DNA from: Patescibacteria group bacterium
GTDB lineage: Bacteria; Patescibacteriota; Minisyncoccia; Minisyncoccales; UBA5738
Direction of reading: 5' to 3'
Assembly: GCA_022710775.1 (NCBI GenBank)
Contig: JAKLGH010000005.1
Coordinates: forward strand, 9,260-73,259
DNA: 64,000 bases
Shown: piece after piece, positions 47,180 to 56,863 of the stretch
Layout: each line of letters opens with the position of its first letter
How positions within the stretch are numbered: position 1 is the stretch's first letter
Program-made: the position numbers and the translations under genes
The notes under the pieces: generated by a model
Told to the model about the DNA's origin: nothing
Databases searched by the model: none
The model's input: the letters and a program-made list of their open reading frames with translations, nothing else

Positions 47180-47803
47180 ATGTATAAATTAATAATATTT
47201 GATTTTTCCAAGACTTTGGCTTATTCGGGCAAAGCCGATTTTAAGGGGATTTTTGACCGGTTAAAAGAATATGGCATCCTGATCAATGACGAAAATCAAG
47301 CCCGGCAGTTTTTTGACCGAGTTTTCTCGCTTTTTTCCGAGGTTGATAATTGGACAGAATTTACCGACAGAGTGATTGAATTTTCGGCGGTTGACATATC
47401 GAAAGAAAAAAAAGGAGATCTCGCCAAATACCTGCAAAAAAAATTAAGTTTCAAACTTTACGATGATGCCAAAGAGATCTTTAATCTTCCCCAGAGAAAG
47501 GCGATTCTGACTTTGGCCAGCCGTTTTCTTGTTGAAGGCATAAAAGAGCTGTCGCATTTCGATATTTTTACCGAGAGGGAAATTCAATTCAAGAAACCGG
47601 ATAAACGGGCTTTTCTGGAAGTATTAAGGAAAATGAAGACAATACCCGAAGAAGCGGTGATGGTGGGAGACAGTTTGGAGAAAGATATAATGCCGGCGAT
47701 CAATCTTGGCATCACCGGAATCCTGATTGACAGGGAAGGGAAAGTAAGCGATAATTCCATTGTTAAAATAAGCAGCTTAAAAGAGCTGAAGCGTTATTTG
47801 TAG
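47180..47803 (+). CDS. HAD-superfamily hydrolase
   Basis: Motif I-like IIFDFSKTL (DxS variant), motif IV VGDSLEKDI. Confidence 0.65.
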   Translation: MYKLIIFDFSKTLAYSGKADFKGIFDRLKEYGILINDENQARQFFDRVFSLFSEVDNWTEFTDRVIEFSAVDISKEKKGDLAKYLQKKLSFKLYDDAKEIFNLPQRKAILTLASRFLVEGIKELSHFDIFTEREIQFKKPDKRAFLEVLRKMKTIPEEAVMVGDSLEKDIMPAINLGITGILIDREGKVSDNSIVKISSLKELKRYL

Positions 47804-47875
47804 CATATTGATGATTTGCATTTGTTTCAGACATTCGGATTTAAATATTCGGATATTACCGCCATGGCGGGGTCT

Positions 47876-47946
47876 GGGCCCGTAGTCAAGTGGTACGACG
47901 CGGCATTCGCATTGCTGAAGCGCGAGTTCGATTCTCGCCGGGTCCA
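47876..47946 (+). tRNA. tRNA-Ala (anticodon CGC)
   Basis: Acceptor GGGCCCG/CGGGTCC with the G3:U70 Ala identity pair, anticodon loop TTCGCAT, T-arm GCGAG-TTCGATT-CTCGC. Confidence 0.85.
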
Positions 47947-47984
47947 CTTTTTTTCGCTGTGCTAAGCTTTTAAGCCTTTAAATC

Positions 47985-48782
47985 ATGAAAATATTCGCCT
48001 TATTGCGGGATCAATTCCAAAAGGACGGGGGGTCATATTTGGCTTATTTGAACCGTATCGGGGATTTTCCCAACTTTGAGCTTTTGACGCCCGAATGCCT
48101 GTTAAGTAAAAAGAAAAAGGCACCATTAAAGATTTTAGACCTGGCTTGCGGCCCCGGAAACGCGGGCGATTATCTGGCTCGGAAGTTGAGCGGGCGGTTT
48201 AGCATTGAAAAAGTAATTTACGTCGACATTAACGCCGACCGCTTAAAAACCATACCAAACTCGCTGATACCCCGCGAGATCGTTAAAAGCGATTTGTTTG
48301 ATTTTTTAGATAAGACCGGAGAAAGGTACGAAGTTGTCGTTTTGCGTTACGCCATATATTATTTTCCTTTGGCGGAGCAGAGCCGGCTTTTGGAAGCTGT
48401 CGCGAGCGCGATGCCAAAAGGCGGCTGCTGCGTTGTCTCAAGCTTTGGCCTTAATGACGGAGAAACGGGTTTTTTGACCGAATTAAGCGCCAAAGCGATG
48501 GGGTTAAAAAGCATTCATTACGATGGATGTTACGTTCCGCCAAAAGACCTTAAAGGCCGGATGAAAGCCCGTGGTTTTTTGAAGTTTGAGCTTTCTAAAG
48601 GGGTAACGGTTTGGGATATCGAAAGCTTTTCAAAGAAATTTGATCTTAACAAAAACCAATACGGCGAGCTGAAAAGCTGGGCCGCGTCCAGATGCGAAGA
48701 GATGGGATTTTCTTTTAAAGAAGAAAACAACAATTTATATTTTGAAGTACCCGTATATGTTTTAAAGGGAATAAAGGCTTGA
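47985..48782 (+). CDS. class I SAM-dependent methyltransferase
   Basis: Motif I ILDLACGPGNAG, then a Rossmann-type pattern. Confidence 0.7.
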   Translation: MKIFALLRDQFQKDGGSYLAYLNRIGDFPNFELLTPECLLSKKKKAPLKILDLACGPGNAGDYLARKLSGRFSIEKVIYVDINADRLKTIPNSLIPREIVKSDLFDFLDKTGERYEVVVLRYAIYYFPLAEQSRLLEAVASAMPKGGCCVVSSFGLNDGETGFLTELSAKAMGLKSIHYDGCYVPPKDLKGRMKARGFLKFELSKGVTVWDIESFSKKFDLNKNQYGELKSWAASRCEEMGFSFKEENNNLYFEVPVYVLKGIKA

Positions 48783-48854
48783 TCGTTTTGCCTTGACTGG
48801 AATAAACGGGTGCTTCCATGGCAAACGGAGCCAAAAGCCCGTTTTTGTTTTAAT

Positions 48855-48882
48855 TTGACTTTTATAGAAAAAATGATATGAT
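48855..48882 (+). promoter_or_regulatory. sigma70 promoter with extended -10
   Basis: TTGACT (48855-48860), 16 nt spacer, TGaTATGAT (-10 at 48877-48882). Confidence 0.55.
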
Positions 48883-48912
48883 AAAGCGTCTTTATACCAA
48901 GAGGTATGCTTG

Positions 48913-49413
48913 ATGAGAGGAATCGTTAAGTACTTTAACCCGGCCAAGAAATTTGGATTTATCAAGGGCAGCGACGGAAAGGAATTCTTTTTCCATACCA
49001 CAGCCTACCGGATTTTTGACGTGAAAAAAGGTCAAGTAGCATTCATTGAAGCTGTGCCCAAGAAAGCACCCAAAGAAGGCGACGAGATTATTTTTATCGA
49101 GGGTCAGGGTCCTAAGGGGGCTAAGGCAGAATATTGGACTTTTGTCGCCGATTTGGAGCAAAGAGCGCAAGTCGACCCTTCGTTTATTGGAGCAAAGCTC
49201 CGGGTGGTGAAAATCTGGGTCAAGGACGGGCATGAGGAAAAAAGAACGTTGTGGAAAGGCAGTCGGCCCGGCGCTTTAGGTGTTAAAATGCGCAGAACCG
49301 GCGATCCGCGAACCGATCCGCTGCTTCCGGGACCTTCGGAAACCATCCTTTTCCAGATTAATGCCGGAAACGGCTGGCAAGAGTGCGAAGACTTTCGGCC
49401 TATGGCGCTTTGA
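48913..49413 (+). CDS. cold-shock-domain protein with C-terminal extension
   Basis: N-terminal CSD: GIVKYFNPAKKFGFIKGSDGKEFFFH (RNP1-like KFGFI). GAGG lies 8 nt upstream of the ATG at 48913. Confidence 0.7.
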   Translation: MRGIVKYFNPAKKFGFIKGSDGKEFFFHTTAYRIFDVKKGQVAFIEAVPKKAPKEGDEIIFIEGQGPKGAKAEYWTFVADLEQRAQVDPSFIGAKLRVVKIWVKDGHEEKRTLWKGSRPGALGVKMRRTGDPRTDPLLPGPSETILFQINAGNGWQECEDFRPMAL

Positions 49414-49431
49414 CCGGTTAACAACGGTTTA

Positions 49432-49713
49432 ATGGCTTGCTTTTCGCAGGCCTTTCTTTTTCAAACATCAACTAGAAATAACCAAATAACAACATGCCTG
49501 CTGATGACAATGTTCTGGTCCAATTTTTACTTCCACAATCAGCGGCCAATGCCCGATTATGACCAGCGGCTGGAATATTTCAAATGGTGGAAGGATACTT
49601 TAAAAAAGAAAGGCCGGCCGTACGTCGTGATCAGCGGCAATTGGGAGCAGTGGTTCGCGAAAGCCAGGAACGCCGTCGACCGTTTAATGAATGGTTTGCC
49701 GCTTAAGGAGTAG
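49432..49713 (+). pseudogene. possible C-terminal remnant of a P-loop ATPase/kinase (NadR/AAA_28-like)
   Basis: ..RLEYFKWWKDTLKKKGRPYVVISGNWEQWFAKARNAVDRL resembles the C-terminus of that family as I recall it. No P-loop or N-terminal domain is present. Confidence 0.3.
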
Positions 49714-49718
49714 ATTCG

Positions 49719-49742
49719 CCCGGGATGGATGCCCGGGTTTTT
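49719..49742 (+). terminator. rho-independent terminator
   Basis: CCCGGG-ATGGATG-CCCGGG followed by TTTTT. Confidence 0.7.
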
Positions 49743-49778
49743 GTTTACGATATCGATGTCTTTAGCTAAGATATTGAA

Positions 49779-51548
49779 ATGGACTGGATAAAAAAAAGAT
49801 CGATCGCCGTTTTACTATTAGCTTTGTCGGTCTTTTTTGTTTACGCCAACGTTTTGTTAAACGGTTTTGTTTGGGATGACGAGGAGCAAATCGTTAATAA
49901 CACGGTGATCCGCAGCTGGAGCAATCTGGGCTATGTGCTTGCTTCCAGCACGTTTTATGCGGGCGGAGCCGGTCTCATGGGCGGTTTTTACCGGCCGGTT
50001 TTGTCGTTCTGCAACATGCTCAACTACTCGGTTTGGGGTCTTGATCCGCTGGGTTACCACCTTTTCCAGATTTTTTTCCATTTTATCAACGCCGTACTGG
50101 TTTACGTTTTGCTTAAAATGATCTTTTACGATCAAAAGGTTTCCAATAGCGGCGTTATTGCGTTCCTGGCGGCTTTGATGTTTGCGGTCCATCCGGCAAA
50201 CGTAGAATCGGTGGCCTATATCGGAAGCATCGGAGAAATACTTTATGTTTTTTTCTTTTTATCCGGAATGATCGTTTTGCTGAAGGGAATCGTTCCAAAG
50301 ACCGGAGAAATAAGTATCAGGAATATTGTTTTATTCTCCTTTTTCTTTTTCTTGGGGCTTCTTTCCAAAGAAACGGCAGTTGTCGGATTGCCCATAATGC
50401 TTATTTATTTCTTTCTGTTTGTGAAGCCCGGTTTGAGCACATATGTCAAAATCTGCTTAGGGCCGTTGATCGCTTTTTTTATTTATTTTTTCTTAAGATT
50501 TTTTATCGCCAAAATCGAAATTGTTTCCACCCATATGGCGCCTATCTCAAGCGCGGCTTTTCTGGAAAGGATAATTACTATTCCATATACCGTTCTTTCT
50601 TATCTTGGAATAATTTTTTTCCCGTACCATCTTTCGATATCGCGCCATTTTGTCGTTTCTTCGGTTTTTGATGCCAGGTTTTGGGGTTCTTTGATCGTCC
50701 TTGGCGCGCTCTTTTTCTTTCTTTTTGGTTTTATTCGAACAAAAAGATCGAGTATCGGAGTTTTTTTCTTGCTTTGGTTTCTCATTGCCATTGCGCCGGT
50801 TTTAAACATTATTCCTTTGGATATGACTATGGCTGAAAGGTGGCTTTATTTGCCGATCATCGGCGTAGCGGCGGGCATGAGCTATATTCTGGTAAGAATT
50901 GCGGAAAATAAGCGGCCGGAACGCCGCCGCGCAGTGTACGGCGCATGCGCGGTGGTTATTGTTCTTTTCATGATCAGGACAATCGCCAGAAACGCAGACT
51001 GGAAGAGCGGTTATTCCCTTTATTCCCATGACGAAAAAATAGAGAATAAGGTTTCTTCTAACGGTAGTTATGACCTGGAAAACAATCTGGGGGTTGAGTT
51101 GTTCCGGGCGGGTAAAATAGAGGAGGCGGGTATTCATTTTGAAAGATCGATTGCGCTTCAGCCGCAATGGACCTATCCCCATAATAATTTAGGAGCTATT
51201 TTAGAACGCCGGGGCGACATTGAGGGAGCGTTGAACCAATACGAGAAAGCGATAGAATTAAGCGATTATTATTTGGCTTATGAAAACAAAGCCAATATCT
51301 TAATTAAAACGGGGAGATACGGCGAGGCAAAAAATTTCCTAACGGAGGCGCTTCTAAAGTTTCCTCAAAACAATAAAATGAAATTGATTCTTGCTTGGCT
51401 TTATGCCGCCCAAAATGTTTCGCCGGATGCGGGCGATAGGCAAATTGCTTTAAATTTGCTTAGCCAGATTTTATCCGAAGATCCCGGTAATGCGGCGGCG
51501 CGACAGCTTTTTGACGCGGTTAGCGCCGGTCAAAAAATCGAAATATAA
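49779..51548 (+). CDS. GT-C-type membrane protein with C-terminal TPR repeats (PMT/TMTC-like, DUF1736 region)
   Basis: About 11 TM helices, including FAVHPANVESVAYI, then TPR repeats (..AGIHFERSIALQP.., GALNQYEKAIEL..). Confidence 0.7.
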   Translation: MDWIKKRSIAVLLLALSVFFVYANVLLNGFVWDDEEQIVNNTVIRSWSNLGYVLASSTFYAGGAGLMGGFYRPVLSFCNMLNYSVWGLDPLGYHLFQIFFHFINAVLVYVLLKMIFYDQKVSNSGVIAFLAALMFAVHPANVESVAYIGSIGEILYVFFFLSGMIVLLKGIVPKTGEISIRNIVLFSFFFFLGLLSKETAVVGLPIMLIYFFLFVKPGLSTYVKICLGPLIAFFIYFFLRFFIAKIEIVSTHMAPISSAAFLERIITIPYTVLSYLGIIFFPYHLSISRHFVVSSVFDARFWGSLIVLGALFFFLFGFIRTKRSSIGVFFLLWFLIAIAPVLNIIPLDMTMAERWLYLPIIGVAAGMSYILVRIAENKRPERRRAVYGACAVVIVLFMIRTIARNADWKSGYSLYSHDEKIENKVSSNGSYDLENNLGVELFRAGKIEEAGIHFERSIALQPQWTYPHNNLGAILERRGDIEGALNQYEKAIELSDYYLAYENKANILIKTGRYGEAKNFLTEALLKFPQNNKMKLILAWLYAAQNVSPDAGDRQIALNLLSQILSEDPGNAAARQLFDAVSAGQKIEI

Positions 51549-51656
51549 CCAAAGCCAGGTTTTAAAATAGAAGCGCCGCTAGGGCGTTTTTTGTTTGACA
51601 AATCAATTTTTATGTTTAAGATTAAGCCAGTTATTTAACAAGAGGTGAGGTGGAAC

Positions 51657-52445
51657 ATGGGCGAAGAAATACCGGAAGAATCCAAAACATCCGGAGACAC
51701 TGTCCTCTATACAAGATACGCCGATGGCAGGATTTCATTAAATCCAATGATGGTTGAACGTGATGCCAAAAGCTCGGCTGAATTTTTGGCGCAATGGCTT
51801 GAAAGAGCCGGCACATTCAAAGAAAAGGCCGCCGCGTCAAGCCTGGCTTCAAAAGAATTCATTGACGAATTGCGCTTTGAGGCGGCTATGACAGCGGCAT
51901 TTCTTGGGACTTCCTGGGCCGAGCGTTTGCCGGAAAACCTTATGCTTGCCGTTATGTTCGTTAAAAGCTTGCTGGCTTATTTAAGGAAAGTTCGACTGGA
52001 AAAAAAACTGGTCAAAGAAGCGGCCGCGGGCAAAGAAATGATTCTGTTCGCGCGTTTCCGGGAAATGCCGGACTGGTCTTGGAAAGAACAGACAATGGTT
52101 GTATCGGTTGGAGTAACCGCTTATCCTCTGGCGGCAGGTTATTCGTTTAAAGGGAAAGATAAAACCGGCCGGTTCAAAACAAGCGAGGATATCGAAAGAA
52201 AGGTTGCCGAATGGGTCTGCCCAATGGTAATTTATTGGCCGTGGGAACAGCAGAAATTGCTTGACGGCGTAGCCGAAGATGATTTGACGGAAATCATTTT
52301 TCCCTTGGTCGTAATGAGGGAAATGGCGGCGGAATTGAAAAGAAACAACGCCGGCTTCAAAGCGATGCTTATTTACGAAAGCCAGACAGGCCGCCAAACG
52401 CTGGATCTGGAAAGGGGGACTTTAAGCCAGTTGGGCATTGAATGA
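51657..52445 (+). CDS. hypothetical protein (262 aa)
   Basis: Intact ORF. The ATG at 51657 is preceded by GAGGTGAGGTGG. No family recognised. Confidence 0.5.
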   Translation: MGEEIPEESKTSGDTVLYTRYADGRISLNPMMVERDAKSSAEFLAQWLERAGTFKEKAAASSLASKEFIDELRFEAAMTAAFLGTSWAERLPENLMLAVMFVKSLLAYLRKVRLEKKLVKEAAAGKEMILFARFREMPDWSWKEQTMVVSVGVTAYPLAAGYSFKGKDKTGRFKTSEDIERKVAEWVCPMVIYWPWEQQKLLDGVAEDDLTEIIFPLVVMREMAAELKRNNAGFKAMLIYESQTGRQTLDLERGTLSQLGIE

Positions 52446-52499
52446 TTAAAAAAGCTTTTAAAAAAGCTTTTTTTGTTTGCTTATTTCGCGTTGATTCCA

Positions 52500-52528
52500 T
52501 TGACTGTGGAATAAGATGTGGATAAAAT
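52500..52528 (+). promoter_or_regulatory. candidate sigma70 promoter
   Basis: TTGACT (52500-52505), 17 nt spacer, TAAAAT (52523-52528). Confidence 0.4.
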
Positions 52529-52625
52529 AAAACAAAGCAAGTAATTTACAAAAAAACTTATGTGGAAAAACAGCCAGTTTTGGGGATAAGATTTCATTGA
52601 ATTGTAAGTTAAACTTATATAAGTT

Positions 52626-53006
52626 ATGAAATACGAAAAACTTACCATAGAATCGTTGTTCTCGGATAGCGGGCCTTTTGACGAGGACGCGGTGGTGCAT
52701 GCTCTTCTGCCCCACATCGTGATCCAGAAGCCGGATTACGAGATCTTTTTTAAAGAAACGAAGCTTTCCGCCAAGCGGAAAATGCTGGCTTATGGCCTGG
52801 CCAAAAAATTACTGAAAAGGAACAATCTGATAGCGAAAGAGAGTATAAGCGCGCTCGAATTGCATCAGAAGACCGGTATTAAAAAAGGAACGGTAGATCC
52901 GATGCTAAAAGCCCTTCGGGAAGAGGGGCTATTCGCCGGTAAAAAAGATTACGAGATCCCGGCTTATAAGGTCCAAGAGGCGGTATCAATGATCAATGAA
53001 GAATAG
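52626..53006 (+). CDS. hypothetical protein (126 aa), possibly winged-helix
   Basis: Intact ORF. The C-terminal half (..LELHQKTGIKKGTVDPMLKALREEGL..) looks HTH-like. Weak call. Confidence 0.45.
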   Translation: MKYEKLTIESLFSDSGPFDEDAVVHALLPHIVIQKPDYEIFFKETKLSAKRKMLAYGLAKKLLKRNNLIAKESISALELHQKTGIKKGTVDPMLKALREEGLFAGKKDYEIPAYKVQEAVSMINEE

Positions 53007-53157
53007 CGGTTAATAATTGATATTGACTTACCCGGGCCGCAAGCCCCGGCCTTCAGGCCGGGGTTGTTGGCAAATACTAGAAAGCTGGCTCTATACGTAG
53101 CCAAAATTTTTCCATGGGTAGTGATCAGCGTAATACTGGTTTTAGATTGCGTGGAAA

Positions 53158-53185
53158 CAAAAACAGCTTCCCTTCTTGGGAAGCT
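53158..53185 (-). terminator. terminator downstream of copA (bidirectional hairpin)
   Basis: AGCTTCCC-TTCTT-GGGAAGCT (53165-53185) with T runs on both strands. Confidence 0.65.
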
Positions 53186-53229
53186 TTCTTTTTGCTAAAT
53201 CGGGCAGAGGAGAAGGTATTTTTAGTTGG

Positions 53230-55443
53230 TTATCCGATTTTGTACCTTTTTATCGAGAGTGAGTTGAGAATCACGCTGACGGAGGATAAAGACATTGCGG
53301 CCGCCGCCCACATCGGATTCAAGAGCCAGCCGGTAAACGGATAAAGAACCCCCGCGGCGATCAGCACTCCCAAAATATTATAAAAGAAAGCCCAAAATAG
53401 GTTCTGCTTTATTTTATTTAAAGTAAAGGCGCTTAGCCTTATTGCTTCAACGACATCGTTTAGGTTGTCTTTTATCAAAACCATATCTCCGGTCTCGATC
53501 GCGATATCAGTGCCCGAGCCCAAGGCAATTCCAAGATCCGATTGAGCCAGGGCCGGCGCGTCGTTTATTCCGTCGCCGACCATGGCGACGACATGGCCTT
53601 GTTTCTGGAGTTTTTTTATTTTTTCGGATTTTTCCCGCGGCAAAACTTCGGCGAAAACATTTTCGATTCCGGCTTCTTTGGCTATGGCGATCGCCGCGCT
53701 CTTGTTGCCTCCCGAGACCATAATGACGGTTTTTCCCATTTTTTTAAGAGCCAAAACTGCGTCTTTGGAATTTTTTTTAAGAACGTCGGAAACGGCGATT
53801 AATCCGGCCGCTTTGCCGTTGTAGGCCAGGATCATTACGGTTTTCCCCTGGTTTTCCAAGGCCGAAATTTTTTGCTCAAGCGCTTTGATTTCGATCCGGC
53901 GCTCGGCCATTAATTTTTTTGATCCGAACAATAACGGTTTGCCGCGGAAAGCGGCTGATATTCCTTTGCCGGGAGCTGCTTGGAACTCCCGGACTTTAGG
54001 GATTTCCAAATTTCTGCGTTTCGCTTCGGATACAATGGCGGCTGCCAGGGGATGTTCGTAATTCATTTCAAGAGCGGCCGCCAGCTTCAATATTTTATCG
54101 GAAGATTTTTCGTCAAAAATGTCGGTAACTTCCGGTTCTCCGACAGTAAGCGTCCCGGCCTTATCGAAAATAACGGTATCGATTTTACTCGCTATTTCAA
54201 GCGCTTTGCCGTTTTTGACCAGAATGCCTATCTTGGCGGCCAGGCCGGAGCCGACTATAACGGCGGTTGGAGCGGCTAGTCCAAGGACGCAAGGGCAGGC
54301 GATGACCAAAACCGAGATGAAAGCGGTAAGCGCGAAAGCAAAAGATTTTCCAAGAGCCAGCCAAACCACTAAAGCCAGGATGGCAATAACTAAAATTCCA
54401 GGTACGAAATAATAAGCCGCTCTATCGGCGATAAGCTGGATCGGCGCTTTTGATTCCATTGCCTCCCGGACAGTAGCAATGATCTGTGAGAGGACGGTGT
54501 TTTTGCCAACTTTCGTTGCCCTGACGGTCAAGGCTCCGACTTGGTTGGTTGTTGCTCCAATAACTATGTCGCCGGGTTTCTTAATCAACGGCATGTTTTC
54601 TCCGGTTATCGCTCTCTCATCAACTGAAGATAATCCTTCACTCACAATTCCGTCCACTGGGAATTTCTGGCCCGGCCGGACAAAAATCAGGTCTCCGGTT
54701 TTGACTTCAGAGACAGGCATTGTTTTTTGAAAGCCGCCTACGATTACGGTTGCGCTCTTAGGCTGCAATCCAATAAGTTCTTTTATCGCATCGCTGGTTT
54801 TTGCTTTGGCGGCCGCTTCAAGATATTTACCCAAGGAAATAAAAATCAGGATCATTGTGACGCTTTCAAAGTAGAGATGTCCGGCCGAATGGCCAGGAGA
54901 GAACCAAGCCAAAAGCAATATGCTCGCGCTGTATAGATATGCCGCGACAGTGCCGATTTCGATCAATGAATCCATATTCGGTTTTCTGCTTATCAGGCCG
55001 CGAAAGCCTGAAGCATAGAGCGGCGCGTTTAATGACATTATTGCGGTTGAGATGAAAAACTGGGCCAGTGCCAGCACTTTCATTTCAAACGCCGGCACCG
55101 GAAGTCCGATAAGGGGAGAAGCGGACATATAGATTGCCGGCAGGCCGAGCATAAATGAAAGGACAAATCGCCTTTTTAGCGTTTCATTTTCGAATTGTTT
55201 TTTATTTTCAATTGAATTTTCCTTTCTGTCTGCAATCATCTTGGCATTGAAGCCGATTTCTTTTATCGTTTTGATTATTTTTTCAGCAGTTGCCGATTTT
55301 TCATCAAATTCGGCATAAAGTTTTCCGTTGGAAAAATCGACACTAGCGGATGCCACTCCCGGTATTTTTTTTATGGCTCGTTCGATGCTGGCAGCATAGG
55401 AAGCGCAATTCATGCCTGAGACTTTGAAAGTATTTTTGACCAT
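53230..55443 (-). CDS. copA: copper-translocating P1B-type ATPase
   Basis: N-terminal HMA domain, TM CPC motif (IACPCVLGLAAP), phosphorylation site FDKAGTLT, SEHPL-like EHPLAAA, and GDGINDAP. The ATG at 55443 is preferred over the ORF reaching 55647. Confidence 0.9.
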   Translation of the reverse strand: MVKNTFKVSGMNCASYAASIERAIKKIPGVASASVDFSNGKLYAEFDEKSATAEKIIKTIKEIGFNAKMIADRKENSIENKKQFENETLKRRFVLSFMLGLPAIYMSASPLIGLPVPAFEMKVLALAQFFISTAIMSLNAPLYASGFRGLISRKPNMDSLIEIGTVAAYLYSASILLLAWFSPGHSAGHLYFESVTMILIFISLGKYLEAAAKAKTSDAIKELIGLQPKSATVIVGGFQKTMPVSEVKTGDLIFVRPGQKFPVDGIVSEGLSSVDERAITGENMPLIKKPGDIVIGATTNQVGALTVRATKVGKNTVLSQIIATVREAMESKAPIQLIADRAAYYFVPGILVIAILALVVWLALGKSFAFALTAFISVLVIACPCVLGLAAPTAVIVGSGLAAKIGILVKNGKALEIASKIDTVIFDKAGTLTVGEPEVTDIFDEKSSDKILKLAAALEMNYEHPLAAAIVSEAKRRNLEIPKVREFQAAPGKGISAAFRGKPLLFGSKKLMAERRIEIKALEQKISALENQGKTVMILAYNGKAAGLIAVSDVLKKNSKDAVLALKKMGKTVIMVSGGNKSAAIAIAKEAGIENVFAEVLPREKSEKIKKLQKQGHVVAMVGDGINDAPALAQSDLGIALGSGTDIAIETGDMVLIKDNLNDVVEAIRLSAFTLNKIKQNLFWAFFYNILGVLIAAGVLYPFTGWLLNPMWAAAAMSLSSVSVILNSLSIKRYKIG

Positions 55444-55671
55444 GTTTTGTGCCAAATAATTTTTGCCGGTAAAGATTTGATCAGCGGTAAAATTTATTAT
55501 TGTGTAGATTAAGGGTAAGCCCGGGTAATAAAATATCGAGGATTCCAAAGAAGGATCTCCTTTGGCAGTCAGGCGTGGTTTAATGCCACGCCGGACGAAA
55601 AACCTCGGGAAAATAAATATTTTACATAATTGATTATACCACTTCAAATCCGATTTTTTGTTTTGTCTTAA

Positions 55672-55699
55672 TTGAAAAAACCGGGACGTGATTCCGGTT
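55672..55699 (-). terminator. hairpin terminator
   Basis: ACCGGGA-CGTGA-TTCCGGT stem (one G:U) flanked by A6/T4 runs. Confidence 0.55.
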
Positions 55700-55726
55700 T
55701 TCCAAAGAGTTGTTGTTATTGGGTAT

Positions 55727-56287
55727 TTACTCGATGCAGCAGTTCAGGGCTTTTTTTACCACTGCGCCAAGCTTGCCCAGCAATCCTTTCGGTTCGGGAT
55801 CCGAGTCGTGCTTATTGACGGCATCTTCCCCGATCTTTTTGATGTCATCGGTTTTGACCAGTTTCATATTCAACCCCCAAAAGAGGGAATAGAGGTTGTA
55901 GGCTTTGTTAAAAAGATCGTAGGCTACTTCCTTATTTCCGATATTGAGCTGTTTGGTGCCGACTTCCATTATGCGCATCGAGGCGGCCAGCAGGTGCTTT
56001 GAAATGCACCATACTTCTCCTTCGTATTCAACAATGATCTTTTTGAGGAGCTCTTTGCGCATTTCGCGGACTTCCTGGATAAAATCGTAATATTCATTTT
56101 TTCCGGTTTTGGCGCCGGTAAAGAAAAAATGTTCTTCGATCGAAACCAAGTTCATTATGGCTAGCGACAGGTCTTGGTCGCTGGACAAGTCCATTTTGTC
56201 TTTTTTCTTCATTTCATCCACCTTGGCTACGAATTCTTCAAGATTCTTTATCGGATTGTTTTCCTTTTTTGGGTTATTTTTTTCCAT
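55727..56287 (-). CDS. hypothetical protein (186 aa)
   Basis: Intact, mostly helical ORF ending ..ALNCCIE. No family recognised. Confidence 0.5.
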   Translation of the reverse strand: MEKNNPKKENNPIKNLEEFVAKVDEMKKKDKMDLSSDQDLSLAIMNLVSIEEHFFFTGAKTGKNEYYDFIQEVREMRKELLKKIIVEYEGEVWCISKHLLAASMRIMEVGTKQLNIGNKEVAYDLFNKAYNLYSLFWGLNMKLVKTDDIKKIGEDAVNKHDSDPEPKGLLGKLGAVVKKALNCCIE

Positions 56288-56308
56288 AATTTAGGGATTT
56301 CAGGCGAT

Positions 56309-56842
56309 TTACCTGGTTAATAAATAAAAAACGACGGTTAAAGACAGCAAGGGAAGGATCGGCATGACAACTTTCTGGAAAGGGAAATAGGCATGGCCGC
56401 CGTTCCTTGTTTTAAGATGTTCATACAGAAGGGCTCCGAAATAAAAACCGCTTCCGCCAGTAGCGATTCCCAAGACCAGCAAGTCGCGCGCGCAGGAACA
56501 GAGAAAAGCGTAAGGGGACGCTATAATCTTGGCATAGTAAAGGGGAACGATCATCATAAGAAGATAGCCAAAAGCAACGGTTGTGTTCCGGAAGGGAAAA
56601 TGCTTATTTTTTTTATTAAGCCAGCTTATTGTCCAAACGATCAGGGAAACGGTTAAACCCCCGATCCAGAGTCCGGCGATAGAATCGTCAATCCCGAGCC
56701 AACGCGACAATCCGACTCCCGCGCCGACCGCGACAGTGCAGACCGGGCAGACGGCCGAAGCCGGAACAGCGGGGAACAATAAGGCGGCCAAAGCGGCGCT
56801 AAACTTTAAAATGCTTTTTTTCATAAGCCGATTTCTTAACAA
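56309..56842 (-). CDS. membrane protein with extracytoplasmic CxxC (CPVC) motif
   Basis: Signal-like N-terminus, CPVC right after it, 4-5 TM helices, and a second CSC pair. Confidence 0.5.
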   Translation of the reverse strand: MLRNRLMKKSILKFSAALAALLFPAVPASAVCPVCTVAVGAGVGLSRWLGIDDSIAGLWIGGLTVSLIVWTISWLNKKNKHFPFRNTTVAFGYLLMMIVPLYYAKIIASPYAFLCSCARDLLVLGIATGGSGFYFGALLYEHLKTRNGGHAYFPFQKVVMPILPLLSLTVVFYLLTR

Positions 56843-56863
56843 CGGTTTTTTTGAATGATGAGC

